From contig CAWFJJ010000025.1 of NCBI GenBank assembly GCA_963816185.1, positions 320,001 through 384,000 on the forward strand: 64,000 nucleotides of DNA, read 5' to 3'. Source of the DNA: Thermoanaerobaculia bacterium. Lineage in GTDB: Bacteria; Acidobacteriota; Thermoanaerobaculia; UBA5066. Below the pieces are notes generated by a model, which saw nothing but the letters and a program-made list of their open reading frames with translations, searched no databases and was not told where the DNA came from. Positions 1-10,164 of this stretch are shown in pieces; positions within the stretch are counted from its first letter, which is position 1; each line of letters opens with the position of its first letter. A program made the translations under genes and the position numbers.

Positions 1-1692
1 CAGCAGCAGGAAGATGCAGCGCTCGGGGCCATCGCGGAGGTCGCGGAAGAGCGACGCGACCAGGCGATTGCCGCGGAGGCGCGCGAGGCCTCCCGCTCGC
101 TCGCGGCGGCGCGTTTCAACGTCGCGGTGCTCGGCCAGTTCAAGCGCGGCAAGAGCACGCTCATCAACGCGCTCCTGAAGACGGCGCTGCTGCCCACCGA
201 CGTCGTGCCGCTGACGACCGCGATCACAATCGTCGAGTACGGCCCGAAGGCCGTGGCGCGCGTGCGATACGACGACGGCCGCGAGGAGACGAGCGGCGTC
301 GAGCGCCTGGCCGAGTACGTGTCCGAGGAGGGCAACCCCGGCAACCGCAAAGGGGTGCAGGCTGTCATCGTCGAGCTCCCGGCGCCGCTCCTCGCGCGCG
401 GAGTGCGGTTGGTCGACACTCCGGGTATCGGCAGCGTGTTCGCGCCGAACTCGGAGGCCACACGCCGCTTCCTGCCGCGCATCGACATCGCGATCGTCGT
501 GCTCGGATCGGACCCGCCGATCTCGGGCGAGGAGCTGACGATGGTGCGGGAGGTGGCCCCCCTCTGCGGCGGCCTCCGCGTCGTCCTCAACAAGTCGGAC
601 CGGGTCCGCGAAAAGACCCGTGAGAAGGCGGAGACGTTCACGCGCACGGTCCTGAAAGGCGCTCTCGGCCGTGACCCGGGCCCGGTGCTGCACACCTCGG
701 CCAGGACCGCGCTCGAGGCCGGGAGCGAGGACGGCGTCGACGCGTTGCGAGACTGGATCGAAGGCCTCGCCGGCGACGCGGCGGACGACCTCGCGCGCTC
801 CTCGGCGCGAAGAGCCGTGCGTCACCTCGCGTCACGCCTGCTCCACGAGATCGAGATCGAGCGTGTGGCGCTCACGCAGCCGATCGAGGAGCTGGAGGAA
901 CGCGTCGAGCGCTTCCGGCACGCGATGCGCGACATCGAGGACCTCGCGTTCGCGGTGCTGACCCGGCTCCGCGACGAGACCTCCATCGATTGGAAGGCCT
1001 GGCAGGACCACCGGCGCGAGCTGGAAGCGAGCTGGACGGAGCGGGTGGTCGAAGCCGTCCGGACGGACCTCGGCCGGCCGCCGGGGCGCTCGCGGGCGGC
1101 GATGCGAAGGACGGCTGCTGAAATCACCCGAAAGCTCGTGGCGGAGGGAGTCGAGGCCTGGCGGGGGGAAGCGGTGGCGGCGTTCGACCAGCACCGGACC
1201 CATAAGCTCACCCGGGCGACGAGCGAGGCGAATCGGCTGATCGCGCGGGTGGCCGCGGCCGCGGCCGAGGCTTTCGGGACCGAGGTCGAAGAGTTCGAGC
1301 CGGAGCCGCTCGACGTCGAGAGTCCGACGGGGGTCTTCGAGTTCGTGGAGGCTGCGGCCGCCCTGGACGCCTCAGCCTGGCTCGTGCCGCTCACCGACGC
1401 CTTCCTGGTCCGGCCGGCAGTCACGGCGCGGGCGGCCTCGCGAGCGCGCCGGACCGCCCGTGAGTGGTTCCGTCGAAACCTCTACGAGGTCGACCGCCAC
1501 CTGACGGACGGGCTCGACCTGATCACCCGTCACGTCGACGCCGAGGTGCGAAGGCGGCTCGAAGCCCTCCGGGACGAGGTTCTCGTCGCGGTCGAGGAGG
1601 GGCGAAGGACGCGGGAGGAGGGCCTCCGCGCCGTCGAGAAGGCGCTCGCCCGGCTCGCGGCGCAGCGCGAGCGCCTCGAGGCCGCGCGCTAA
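1..1692 (+). CDS. Dynamin-family GTPase (bacterial dynamin-like protein), 5' end outside window
   Basis: Frame is open from base 1. G1 GQFKRGKST, G2 PLTT, G3 LVDTPG, G4 LNKSD, followed by a long helical stalk. Confidence 0.85.
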   Translation, partial: QQQEDAALGAIAEVAEERRDQAIAAEAREASRSLAAARFNVAVLGQFKRGKSTLINALLKTALLPTDVVPLTTAITIVEYGPKAVARVRYDDGREETSGVERLAEYVSEEGNPGNRKGVQAVIVELPAPLLARGVRLVDTPGIGSVFAPNSEATRRFLPRIDIAIVVLGSDPPISGEELTMVREVAPLCGGLRVVLNKSDRVREKTREKAETFTRTVLKGALGRDPGPVLHTSARTALEAGSEDGVDALRDWIEGLAGDAADDLARSSARRAVRHLASRLLHEIEIERVALTQPIEELEERVERFRHAMRDIEDLAFAVLTRLRDETSIDWKAWQDHRRELEASWTERVVEAVRTDLGRPPGRSRAAMRRTAAEITRKLVAEGVEAWRGEAVAAFDQHRTHKLTRATSEANRLIARVAAAAAEAFGTEVEEFEPEPLDVESPTGVFEFVEAAAALDASAWLVPLTDAFLVRPAVTARAASRARRTAREWFRRNLYEVDRHLTDGLDLITRHVDAEVRRRLEALRDEVLVAVEEGRRTREEGLRAVEKALARLAAQRERLEAAR

Positions 1693-1697
1693 GCTCC

Positions 1698-3480
1698 ATG
1701 CTCTTGACCAGAGGGTCTCATCGATTTCGTCCTGGCGCCGCGGCGGCGTTCGTTCTCGGCGTCGCCGCGCTCGTGCGGTGCGCGTCGGCGCCGCCCGCGC
1801 CCTCAAGGCGCACTGTGGTCATCTCGTTCGACGGGCTCGGCGGCGTGAGGCTGAACGAGCTCCTTTCGCAGGGGAAGCTGACGGCCGGCGGCTTTTCGGC
1901 GATCGCCGAGCGCGGCCTTCTCGCGGGGCGCGCCATCGACGTCACGCCGTCCCTGACGCCCGCGGCTCACATCGCCGCGATCACGGGCGCGCCGCCTGCG
2001 CGGAACGGGATCGTCGGAAATCGTTTCCGCGAGCCGGGCAGACCCTTCGGCGCCGAGACGACGGGGTTTCTCGCGCCCATCGAAACGGAGACGCTCTGGG
2101 AGGCCGCGCGCCGCCAGGGACATCGCGTCGGCGTGCTCCTCTATCCGGGCGCGGACGGCACGAATGCACGGCGGCGCGGCGACTTCGGCCTGACCTGGCC
2201 CGATCGGCCGGCGCAGGCGTCGGCCTTCGTGACACTCGACAGCGGGCATTGGACCGGCGCCGGCGGGACGGACGCGGCCTCGTTCTCCCCGGTCCGCCGG
2301 ACGACGGTGGACGTGGCGGCGCCGGGCGGCCGCACGGTGCGCCTCGACATTCGCGCGCGCGACACGACGAACGACGGCGTCGTCGACTACGACACGCTGG
2401 TCGTGGCGCGCCCGGACGGAGCTGCGGCGGAAGTCAAGCGCCTCGGCTGGTTCGCGGTCCAGGCCCCGGGCAAGGACGGACCTTTCACCGCATGGTGCCG
2501 CGTCGTCACGCTGGAGCCGACGCTCGCGCGCGTCAACGTCTACGTGGGCGGCTTCTTCGCCGTGCCCGCCTATCCCGCGGCCTTCCGCTCCCGATTCGAG
2601 GCGGCGCTCGGCGGGTGGCCGGGGCCGCCGGATCCGGCGCTCGTGCGTGCGGGTCCGCCCGGGGAGGGCGATGCCGCCGGCGAGGAGCAGGCCCAGCGCC
2701 TCGCGGAGTACCTCACGCGGGCGATCGTCTTCGCGATCCGGAGCGAGCAGCTGGGACCTCCTCGTTGCGTACCAGCCCCTCGTGGACGAGATCGAGCACC
2801 ACTTCGAGCCCGGACCGCGCGGCGGCTCGGCCGAGGCGATCGTGCGCGCCTTCCAGACCGCCGACCGTTGCGTCGCCGCGATGCTCGCCGCCCTCACGGC
2901 GCGCGACACGCTCCTCATCCTCAGCGACCACGGAATGGTCCCGCTCGAGAAGTCGGTCGACCTCGAGCGGTATCTCGAGGAGAAGAGCTGGACGATCGCG
3001 CGGAAGGCCGGGGCCCAGGGCGGGCCGCATGTCGTGCAGGTCTGCGCGTCGAGCGGGATCGCGCACGTGTACGTCGACCCCGCCCTCGCGCCCGCGGCGC
3101 GCGCCGAGGCAGCGGCGGCTCTCGCCCGAGACCTCGCGGGCCTTTCGGCGCTGCCCGGAAGCCTCGTCGACGCGATCGTGCCTCGCGCCGCCCTCGGCTC
3201 GCTCGACCTCGACAACCCGCGGTCGGGCGACGTCGTCGTCCTTCTCCGTCCGGGGTTCGAGTTCGTGCGCGGAAGGCCTTCCGTCCTCTCGGTCCCGACG
3301 AATCTCGGGGGCCACGGCTACCGAAACGCGACGCCCGTCCTCGACGCGTCGTTCGCCGCGATCGGCCCGGGAATCGAGCCCTCGCGCCCCGCGACCGTCT
3401 CGCTCCTCGAGGTCGCCTCGCGCGCGGCGCGCGCCCTCGGCATCGATCCTCCGCGCGGCGCCGCGCCGGCCGGGCGCTGA
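1698..3480 (+). CDS. Alkaline phosphatase superfamily / nucleotide pyrophosphatase-phosphodiesterase, probable lipoprotein (frameshift near 2750)
   Basis: VISFDG and TPSLT in frame 1464..3896; DEIEH, LSDHG and GGHG in frame 2647..3480; hydrophobic N-terminus ending in Cys. Confidence 0.8.
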
Positions 3481-3482
3481 CC

Positions 3483-4712
3483 TCAGAACAGAGGCGTCGG
3501 AACGTTTCCCCAGCCGGTTCCCGGACCCAGGTCCTTCATCTCCTGGACGGCGAGATCGTGCATGTCCACGTCCACGAGGAACCGCGGCGTGCGCGTTGCG
3601 TTGATCGCGAAGAGCGACGCCGGCGCCGGAGATTCCCTGGGTGTCTCGACGCTGAGGAAGATCAGCCGTCGGATCACGCCGTCAGCGGCGGTGCCCGGTG
3701 CCGTGGCTCCTCCTGCGTGATGCATCGCGTGGCCGCCCTGGAGGTGCCGGAAGGGATGGAAGATCCAGTCCGCGATCATCGGCATGGTCTGGTGATGCTC
3801 GTAGAGCCGCCACTCGGGCCCCGTGTCCGCGATCATTCCCTGCATGACGTACTGCCGCGGAACGACGTACACGAGGATCGGCCCCGGCGTCCTTGACGCG
3901 CGAGCCTTGACCTCGGGCAGCTCGAGCAAGGCAGACATGCGGTGCTCGAGCATCGCCCCGTCAGCCGGAAGGATGGCAAGTGCGGTGATTCGTCCGCTCG
4001 ACCAGAGAGGTAGCCGGTTCACCGTGTAGGCACGCAGGGCGAAGGCGCCCCCCACGGCGACGACGAAGAGGATCGCCAGATCGAACAGCGTCCGAAAGGC
4101 CGCGGATTTCGGAAGCGGAAGGCGGCCGAGGATGCGTTCCAGCCCACGCGGGAGAAACATCCCGGTCCGCGCCATGTATTCGCGGTACCGGTCGCCGAAC
4201 TGCTTCACCATCCGGCGCTCCTCGTCCCGCGCCAGCAGGACGTACAGCCCGATCATGGCGGTCCAGAGGACGATGGTCAGGAATCGCGGCCAGAGGATGG
4301 CGAGACCCAGCGCCGCAAACGAGAGGGCCATGTATTGCGGGTGGCGGATCCACCTGTAGAGCCCGCCCAACGCCGGTCCCCGGTGGAAGAGTTTGTGGGA
4401 GTACACCTGGCCGGCGCAGACGAGGAACACGAGCGTGCCGCCGACGAACAGCACCGAGCCGGCGACGCGGACCGCCTTCAGGAAGAGCCCCGGCGGCAGG
4501 ACCATGTGGGGCAGGAAGAAAGCCGCCAGCCAGCGGGACGCCGGCCACTTCGCGAGGAAGAGCAGGACCGGGTTGAAGACAGCGTAGAAGAACGCCGCGA
4601 AGGGGCTGATCATGACCAGCACTTCGAGCGCGATGACGAAGTACAGGAGGATCACGCCGCCGAGAACCGGGTGAGGCCTGGCGGCCGCGCGGTCTTCGTC
4701 TCGTTGCGTCAT
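3483..4712 (-). CDS. Isoprenylcysteine/phospholipid methyltransferase (ICMT/PEMT)-family membrane protein with an extra C-terminal domain
   Basis: GLYRWIRHPQY and EERRM..FGDRYREY motifs, several TM helices. Confidence 0.75.
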   Translation of the reverse strand: MTQRDEDRAAARPHPVLGGVILLYFVIALEVLVMISPFAAFFYAVFNPVLLFLAKWPASRWLAAFFLPHMVLPPGLFLKAVRVAGSVLFVGGTLVFLVCAGQVYSHKLFHRGPALGGLYRWIRHPQYMALSFAALGLAILWPRFLTIVLWTAMIGLYVLLARDEERRMVKQFGDRYREYMARTGMFLPRGLERILGRLPLPKSAAFRTLFDLAILFVVAVGGAFALRAYTVNRLPLWSSGRITALAILPADGAMLEHRMSALLELPEVKARASRTPGPILVYVVPRQYVMQGMIADTGPEWRLYEHHQTMPMIADWIFHPFRHLQGGHAMHHAGGATAPGTAADGVIRRLIFLSVETPRESPAPASLFAINATRTPRFLVDVDMHDLAVQEMKDLGPGTGWGNVPTPLF

Positions 4713-5269
4713 CAGGGGTCTCCGTCGAGATCAGTCGGCTTTCGACGGGCGCGGCGGATGTCCCTCGGCGGGTCCGTCGAGGCCAACGCCTGGTTCAGGC
4801 AGGTGAGCGAGGAGAGGACTCCGGCGCGGGACCTTCGGGGAATGGCCGACATGAGCCTCCTGAAGCGATCACGGCTGGAGCGCTCGACGTTCTTCGCGAC
4901 CCGCGTGCCACGTGTCGTCAGCGAGAGGAGCCGTTCGCGCCCGTCGTCTGCCGAGCGGCTCTGGACCAGGTGGCCCGCGCTCTCCATCCGCCGGCACAGC
5001 CGGGCCACGTTGCTCTTGTCGATTCCGAGGGCCCGCCCCAGCTCGCGTTGGGTCGCGAGCTCGCGCTTCCGCGCCGTTTCGAGCAGGACCATGAGCGCAT
5101 GGGCGTGGGAAACCGCAACGGGATGGCCGCAGGGTGTCTGATCGCCCGCGAGAAGCCCGGCGGACCTTGTGAAGGCCTGGATCAGGCGTCTCAGGTCGGC
5201 GCCTTCGAGCTCTGATGCCGGGTTGGGGGCCGGCCGCGATCGGGCTCGTCGAGGGCTCACGGTCGTCAT
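4712..5269 (-). CDS. MarR-family transcriptional regulator
   Basis: TQRELGRALGIDKSNVARL...DGRERLLSLTTRG winged HTH. Start placed just downstream of a palindrome. Confidence 0.85.
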   Translation of the reverse strand: MTTVSPRRARSRPAPNPASELEGADLRRLIQAFTRSAGLLAGDQTPCGHPVAVSHAHALMVLLETARKRELATQRELGRALGIDKSNVARLCRRMESAGHLVQSRSADDGRERLLSLTTRGTRVAKNVERSSRDRFRRLMSAIPRRSRAGVLSSLTCLNQALASTDPPRDIRRARRKPTDLDGDP

Positions 5270-5275
5270 CGTACC

Positions 5276-5305
5276 AGCAGATGGTTGCGTGCGCAACTAT
5301 CTGCT
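5276..5305. promoter_or_regulatory. Probable MarR operator (inverted repeat)
   Basis: AGCAGATGGTTGCG-TG-CGCAACTATCTGCT: 14-bp arms with 1 mismatch, directly upstream of marR. Confidence 0.6.
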
Positions 5306-5328
5306 CCCTCGCCGCGCCCCGGTCGGCT

Positions 5329-5673
5329 TTACGACGAGACCCTCGCCTTCCTAGGGGGCGGCGATGCAGCTTGGAGGCCGTCGATCCGATGCCGAAGCGC
5401 GAGAACGGGGTGCCGGAGGAGCATGCGCGGCCCCGCATACCGCATGACGATTCTCATCTCTTCCTTCTTGTCAACCCGATAGCAGTGGATCGGACACTTG
5501 ACGCACGTGGGCTTGGCCTCGCCGTACGGACATCGCGCGAGCCGAAGGTCGGCGTAACGGCCAAGGTCTGCGCAGGAGCCGCACAGGCCCGCCGCCGAAC
5601 CGTGGACGCCCTTGCAGTAGATGCGAAGCATCGCCCGGATCGTCCGGCTTTCCCGCTCCAATCTGCCTTCCAT
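5329..5673 (-). CDS. YgbA-like (nitrous oxide-stimulated promoter family) Cys-rich protein
   Basis: RE..TI..M..IYC...H...LC..C...CP....PTC..CPIHCY...MRYAGPRML..HP pattern. Confidence 0.85.
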   Translation of the reverse strand: MEGRLERESRTIRAMLRIYCKGVHGSAAGLCGSCADLGRYADLRLARCPYGEAKPTCVKCPIHCYRVDKKEEMRIVMRYAGPRMLLRHPVLALRHRIDGLQAASPPPRKARVSS

Positions 5674-5795
5674 CTTCACGAGAACAGCTTGTGGCGTCAC
5701 GGCCCCTCCCCCCATGATTCAAACGGATCAACGAGCTCGTCGGCATGACGGCTGTCATAACGGTGGCGAACGGAGGGCGCTGGTCCTGTTCGGCT

Positions 5796-6311
5796 CTAGA
5801 GCAGCGTCGCGCCCGCGACACCCGCGGCGAGCACCAGGAGGGTCGGGTCGATCTTCGTGAACGCCATGAGGGCGAAGCTCGCAACGCAGATCGCGATCGC
5901 GATCGGGCTCACGAGGGAAGCCGTCCCGAGGCTGAGGCAGACGGCCAGGAGCATCCCGACGACGACCGGCTTGATCCCGCGGAAGACCGAGCCGACGGCC
6001 TTCGAGGTCTTGAACTTCAGGTAGTACTTCGTGACGAAGGTGGTCACGAGGAGCGACGGGAGGTAGCTCCCGGCGGTCGCGGTCACCGCCCCCGCGAGCC
6101 CCGCCACCTTGTAGCCGATGAAGGCGTTCATGATGGTCAACGGTCCCGGCGTCACCTGCCCGATCGCCACCGCGTCCATGAACTCCTGGTTCGTCAACCA
6201 GCGGAACTGCTCCACGAAGAAACCATGGAGCAGGGGGAGCATGACGTACCCGCCCCCGATGGTGAAGAGGTTGACGAGGAAGAGAACCCCGAACAGCACG
6301 ACGAGCGTCAT
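5796..6311 (-). CDS. Short-chain chromate transporter (CHR) subunit
   Basis: IGGGY...WLTNQEF..A.AIGQVTPGP. Confidence 0.85.
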   Translation of the reverse strand: MTLVVLFGVLFLVNLFTIGGGYVMLPLLHGFFVEQFRWLTNQEFMDAVAIGQVTPGPLTIMNAFIGYKVAGLAGAVTATAGSYLPSLLVTTFVTKYYLKFKTSKAVGSVFRGIKPVVVGMLLAVCLSLGTASLVSPIAIAICVASFALMAFTKIDPTLLVLAAGVAGATLL

Positions 6312-6841
6312 CGGGTTCTCCCGTAGATCAGGTAGCCGAGCATGCCGGCCGCGACGATCAGCAGAATGGGGTTCGCCCTGGCGAAGTAGAGCAGGAGGAA
6401 GCCTCCCAACGCCAACAGCGCAGGTTGCCATCCGTCGACGATCTGCCTGCCCATCTTGAGGACCACGGAGCCCAGGAGGCCTACGACGGCAGCGCCGACA
6501 CCCTTCAGGGCGCCCTCGAGCAAGGGGACGGACTTGTACTTGGTATAAAGGAAAGCCAGAACCAGGACCAGAAGGAAGCCCGGAAGGACCTGGCCGGCGG
6601 TCGTCGCGATGGCGCCTCGGACGCCCTTCAGACGGTAGCCGACGAAGATGCCCGTGTTGACGATCGGAGGGCCGGGGGTCATCTGGCCGATGGCCACCCC
6701 TTCGGCAAACTCCTCCTCGCTGAGCCAGCGTCTCCGGTCCACCAGCTCCCTCTGGAAGAACGAGAGCATCGAATAGACGCCGCCGAACGCGAAGGCGCCC
6801 ATCTTCAGAAAGACCAGGAAGAGATTCTTCAGCGTCGGCAT
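6308..6841 (-). CDS. Short-chain chromate transporter (CHR) subunit
   Basis: GAFAFGG...WLSEEEF....IGQMTPGP; overlaps its partner gene by 4 nt. Confidence 0.85.
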   Translation of the reverse strand: MPTLKNLFLVFLKMGAFAFGGVYSMLSFFQRELVDRRRWLSEEEFAEGVAIGQMTPGPPIVNTGIFVGYRLKGVRGAIATTAGQVLPGFLLVLVLAFLYTKYKSVPLLEGALKGVGAAVVGLLGSVVLKMGRQIVDGWQPALLALGGFLLLYFARANPILLIVAAGMLGYLIYGRTR

Positions 6842-6847
6842 TGCGGC

Positions 6848-7669
6848 TTACTGCGGTTCGATCTTCACCTCGACCTGGCGCACTCCCTCCACCACTTTCA
6901 GCACGGACATCACCTCCCCACGAAATACCTCGTGGAGGGCATCCGGCATGGAAGGTTCGAGGGCGGTAACGCTCACCACGACCCGTCCGTCCCGCGCCGT
7001 CACTTCCACCGGAAGTCCGTGCGTCGCCGGGCTTTTCTCGAACGCCAGCCTGACCCTCGTGTCGAGCAGGAAGTCCTGCAACCGTCTGCGGAGATCATCG
7101 GTGATCGCAAACCGGGGATGCCGGGCCGCTCGGACGACGCAATCTGCCGCTTCCTCCACCGAGAGCTGCTCCAGATTCAGGACGAGGTCGTAGAGCGCAG
7201 GGTCAGACCAGTCCAACCCGTAAATGGCCTTCGTCCAGCGCCCGCGCACTTCGTCGTACTGCCTGACCGACGCCTCGGCGAGATGGCGGCTCAGATTCTC
7301 GCTCCGCATGGCCTCCTGGATGCGAGTTTCCATCGGGGCGACGATCCGGACCCGCAGAACGCAGGGGAGGTCCTTGAGGAGCAGGTGGCCCGCGTAGCTG
7401 TGATAGACGAGATCGCCCACCACGGCGTGCTCGGCAAGGGCAGCCTGGACCGCGATGATGTACCTCTGGCGTTCCACCGTGAGGCGATCCCACAGGCCCG
7501 GAACGTGCCCGATCTTGCTGCTGAGGATGTCAGCGGGTACGCCGAGCTTCGCGGCGGCTTCGACCAGGATCTCGCGACCAATGCAGGGGCAGCCAAGAGA
7601 GGCGGCGACGGCTTCCGCCACGGCCTGGCAGCCGGCCGGGAATCCGCGGGAGAGCGTGACGATCGGCAT
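6848..7669 (-). CDS. Cytidylate kinase-like family protein with C-terminal BON-like domain
   Basis: IVTLSRG..AG, LRVRIVAP.E.RI and DPALYDLVLN motifs; C-terminal VEV...DGRV...VEGV..V. Confidence 0.75.
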   Translation of the reverse strand: MPIVTLSRGFPAGCQAVAEAVAASLGCPCIGREILVEAAAKLGVPADILSSKIGHVPGLWDRLTVERQRYIIAVQAALAEHAVVGDLVYHSYAGHLLLKDLPCVLRVRIVAPMETRIQEAMRSENLSRHLAEASVRQYDEVRGRWTKAIYGLDWSDPALYDLVLNLEQLSVEEAADCVVRAARHPRFAITDDLRRRLQDFLLDTRVRLAFEKSPATHGLPVEVTARDGRVVVSVTALEPSMPDALHEVFRGEVMSVLKVVEGVRQVEVKIEPQ

Positions 7670-7698
7670 GACATTCTCCTAATGGAAGGCGTGAATCC

Positions 7699-8766
7699 TT
7701 ACAGCAGAGCGTTGAAGAGGAATCCGACAAGGAGGATTCCGACGGTGACGACACCGACGAAGACCGCGATCAACCTGGGGCGCAGCACCTTTCGCAGGAT
7801 GATCAGCTCCGGCGTCGAGATGGAGATCACCGACATCATGAAGGCGAGAACGGTGCCGAGCGCGGCGCCCTTTCCAAGCAAGGCCTGGACGACCGGAATG
7901 ATGCCGGCGGCGTTCGAGTACATCGGGATGCCGATCAGGACGACGAGCGGAACCCCCCACCAGACGTCCTTGCCCATGAACTTCGCCATGAAGTTCGTGG
8001 GGACCCAGCCGTGGATGGCCGCGCCGACCGCGATGCCCGCGACGACGTAGGGCCAGACCTTTCCCACGATCTCGCGAAGCGCCTCGAGCCCGAATCCGAT
8101 CCTGTCCCGCCATCCGAAGGCGACGACCGGAGCATCCTCGACGCCGGTCCGGACCTTACGGACCCAGGGCTCGAGCTGATCCTCCATTCCCAGACGCCCG
8201 ATCGTCCACCCGGATGCCATGGCGATCACGAGCCCCGTGCTCGTGTAGATGGCGGCCACCTTCCAGCCGAAGAGCCCGAACAGGAGCACGAGAGCGACCT
8301 CGTTCACCATCGGCGCCGAGATCAGGAAGGAGAACGTCACGCCGAGCGGCACCCCCGCCGTGACGAACCCGAGGAAGAGGGGGACCGCCGAGCAGGAACA
8401 GAACGGCGTCACCACGCCGAGCAGAGCCGCGAGCACGGTGCCGACCGACTCGCGGGTGCCGGCCAGGATCCGGCGCGTCCGCTCCGGGGTGAAGTACGAG
8501 CGGACGATGCCGACGGCGAACACCACCGCCGTCAGCAGAAGCAGGACCTTCGGAACCTCGAAAACGAGGAACTCGACGGCGGAGGAAAGGTGCTTTCCCC
8601 TGGCAAGGCCGAGCAGGGAATAGGTCAGCCATTCGGAAATGCGGCTCAGGCTGAGGTATAGGGCGAGCCAGCAGACCACGGCGCCTATGCCGACCAGCAC
8701 CGCGGCAGATGCAGACATGCTCTTCGCCGCGGGTGCCGTCGGTGAGGCGACCGAGGCCGAGTCCAT
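7699..8766 (-). CDS. DUF318/ArsP-family permease
   Basis: TPFCSCSAVP, SAPMVNE and GIPMYSNAAG motifs. Confidence 0.85.
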   Translation of the reverse strand: MDSASVASPTAPAAKSMSASAAVLVGIGAVVCWLALYLSLSRISEWLTYSLLGLARGKHLSSAVEFLVFEVPKVLLLLTAVVFAVGIVRSYFTPERTRRILAGTRESVGTVLAALLGVVTPFCSCSAVPLFLGFVTAGVPLGVTFSFLISAPMVNEVALVLLFGLFGWKVAAIYTSTGLVIAMASGWTIGRLGMEDQLEPWVRKVRTGVEDAPVVAFGWRDRIGFGLEALREIVGKVWPYVVAGIAVGAAIHGWVPTNFMAKFMGKDVWWGVPLVVLIGIPMYSNAAGIIPVVQALLGKGAALGTVLAFMMSVISISTPELIILRKVLRPRLIAVFVGVVTVGILLVGFLFNALL

Positions 8767-9020
8767 CACGCCTTCGCGAGGATCGCCCGGATCTCGTCGG
8801 CCTTTGGGATGCGCCCGGTGACGACGATCTTCCCGTCGATCACGACCCCCGGTGTCGCCATGAGTCCCAGCTCGACCATCCGCTCGATCGATTCGACCTT
8901 CTCGACGTCGGCCTCCAGGTGATCGGTCTCGACGACGTGCTGGACGACGCGGAACGTCTCCTTGCACCGGGCGCAGCCGGGGCCGAGGATCTCGATCTTC
9001 TTGCGCGATATTTTTTCCAT
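8766..9020 (-). CDS. Small redox-active thioredoxin-family protein (MTH895/TM0996 type)
   Basis: IEILGPGCARC...ATPGVVIDGK...GRIP, 84 aa. Confidence 0.9.
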   Translation of the reverse strand: MEKISRKKIEILGPGCARCKETFRVVQHVVETDHLEADVEKVESIERMVELGLMATPGVVIDGKIVVTGRIPKADEIRAILAKA

Positions 9021-9043
9021 GATGTTCTCCTTGCTTCCGTATT

Positions 9044-9748
9044 TCACGCCGCGAACGCGCGGCGAAGCGCCGTGGCGCCCACGCTGACGCCGAGGACGAC
9101 GAGGACCCACCCGAACGCCCGCTGCAGCCGCCCGGCCCACACGGCGGCGCGGCTCCCGACGAAGGCGGTGACGAAGCCGGTCGCGATGCCTGCGGCGAGC
9201 AGCAGGACCACGTGGCCGGCGGAATAGGCGAGGAGCAGCGTCGTTCCCCAGAGGACCTTCTGCTCGAAGGCTACGAGGGAGAGGATGACGACGAGGATCG
9301 GCGTCGCGCACGGCGACGAGAGCGTCCCCGTGAGGGCGCCGAGCGCGAAGGCGCCCGCGGTTCCGGCCTTGCCGAGCCGGGCCGCGTCGACGCGCGGCAT
9401 CGGGAGGCGGAGGACGCCCGCGAGGTGAAGGCCCATGACGGCGAGGACCGCCGAAAGGAGCAGCGGCCAGGCAGCACCGACGTCGCCGAGGAGGCGCCCC
9501 GAAAGAGCCGCCACCGCGCCGAGCGCCGTGAAGCACACGGCGAGACCCGTCGCGAACGCCAATGTGAGCGCCGCGGCGCGCGCCCGCGTCGTTCCGGCGC
9601 CACCAACAGTTGCAACCACGAGGGGGACCGCCGCGAGGACGCAGGGGCTTGCGGACGAGAGCACGCCCCCAAGGAAGACGAGGGCGAGCATGACCGGGGC
9701 CGGCGCGGCGGCTGCCCGCGCAGCGAGGCCGGCCAGGACTCCCTCCAT
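9044..9748 (-). CDS. ccdA: Cytochrome c biogenesis / disulfide-transfer membrane protein CcdA
   Basis: SPCVL..VP and SPCATPIL motifs, 6 TM segments. Confidence 0.8.
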   Translation of the reverse strand: MEGVLAGLAARAAAAPAPVMLALVFLGGVLSSASPCVLAAVPLVVATVGGAGTTRARAAALTLAFATGLAVCFTALGAVAALSGRLLGDVGAAWPLLLSAVLAVMGLHLAGVLRLPMPRVDAARLGKAGTAGAFALGALTGTLSSPCATPILVVILSLVAFEQKVLWGTTLLLAYSAGHVVLLLAAGIATGFVTAFVGSRAAVWAGRLQRAFGWVLVVLGVSVGATALRRAFAA

Positions 9749-10164
9749 CAGAGGAGTCCTTTCTCCTTCAGGGCTTTCTCGAAATCGGGCTGCGCGAAGT
9801 AGCCCATGTGCCGGAAGATCTCTCGCCCGCGGGCGTCGAAGATGATCTGCGTCGGCATCACCATGATCTGGTGCCGGCGGGCGACCTCCGGGTTGGGCTG
9901 AATCCAGAAGTTGGAGACGCGCGCACGAGTTCCGAGGCGCGCCCGGAGATTCTTCAGGACGCCCTGCATGTGCATGCACGGGATGCAATGCTCTCCGCCG
10001 AACTCGACGATGAGCGGGACCCCGGCCTTCAGGGCGGATTCGAGGTCGGCCGGGGAGAGCGCAGGAATCGGAATCTCGGCCGCGGGTGTGGCGGCGGGAG
10101 CATGGCCCGAAGCCACGGCCGCGAGCGCGGCGGCGACGATCAAGGCTGAGAGGCGGAGCGTCAT
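9748..10164 (-). CDS. Exported thioredoxin-family protein
   Basis: Signal peptide, VEFG..HCIPC, MPTQIIFD. Confidence 0.8.
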   Translation of the reverse strand: MTLRLSALIVAAALAAVASGHAPAATPAAEIPIPALSPADLESALKAGVPLIVEFGGEHCIPCMHMQGVLKNLRARLGTRARVSNFWIQPNPEVARRHQIMVMPTQIIFDARGREIFRHMGYFAQPDFEKALKEKGLL

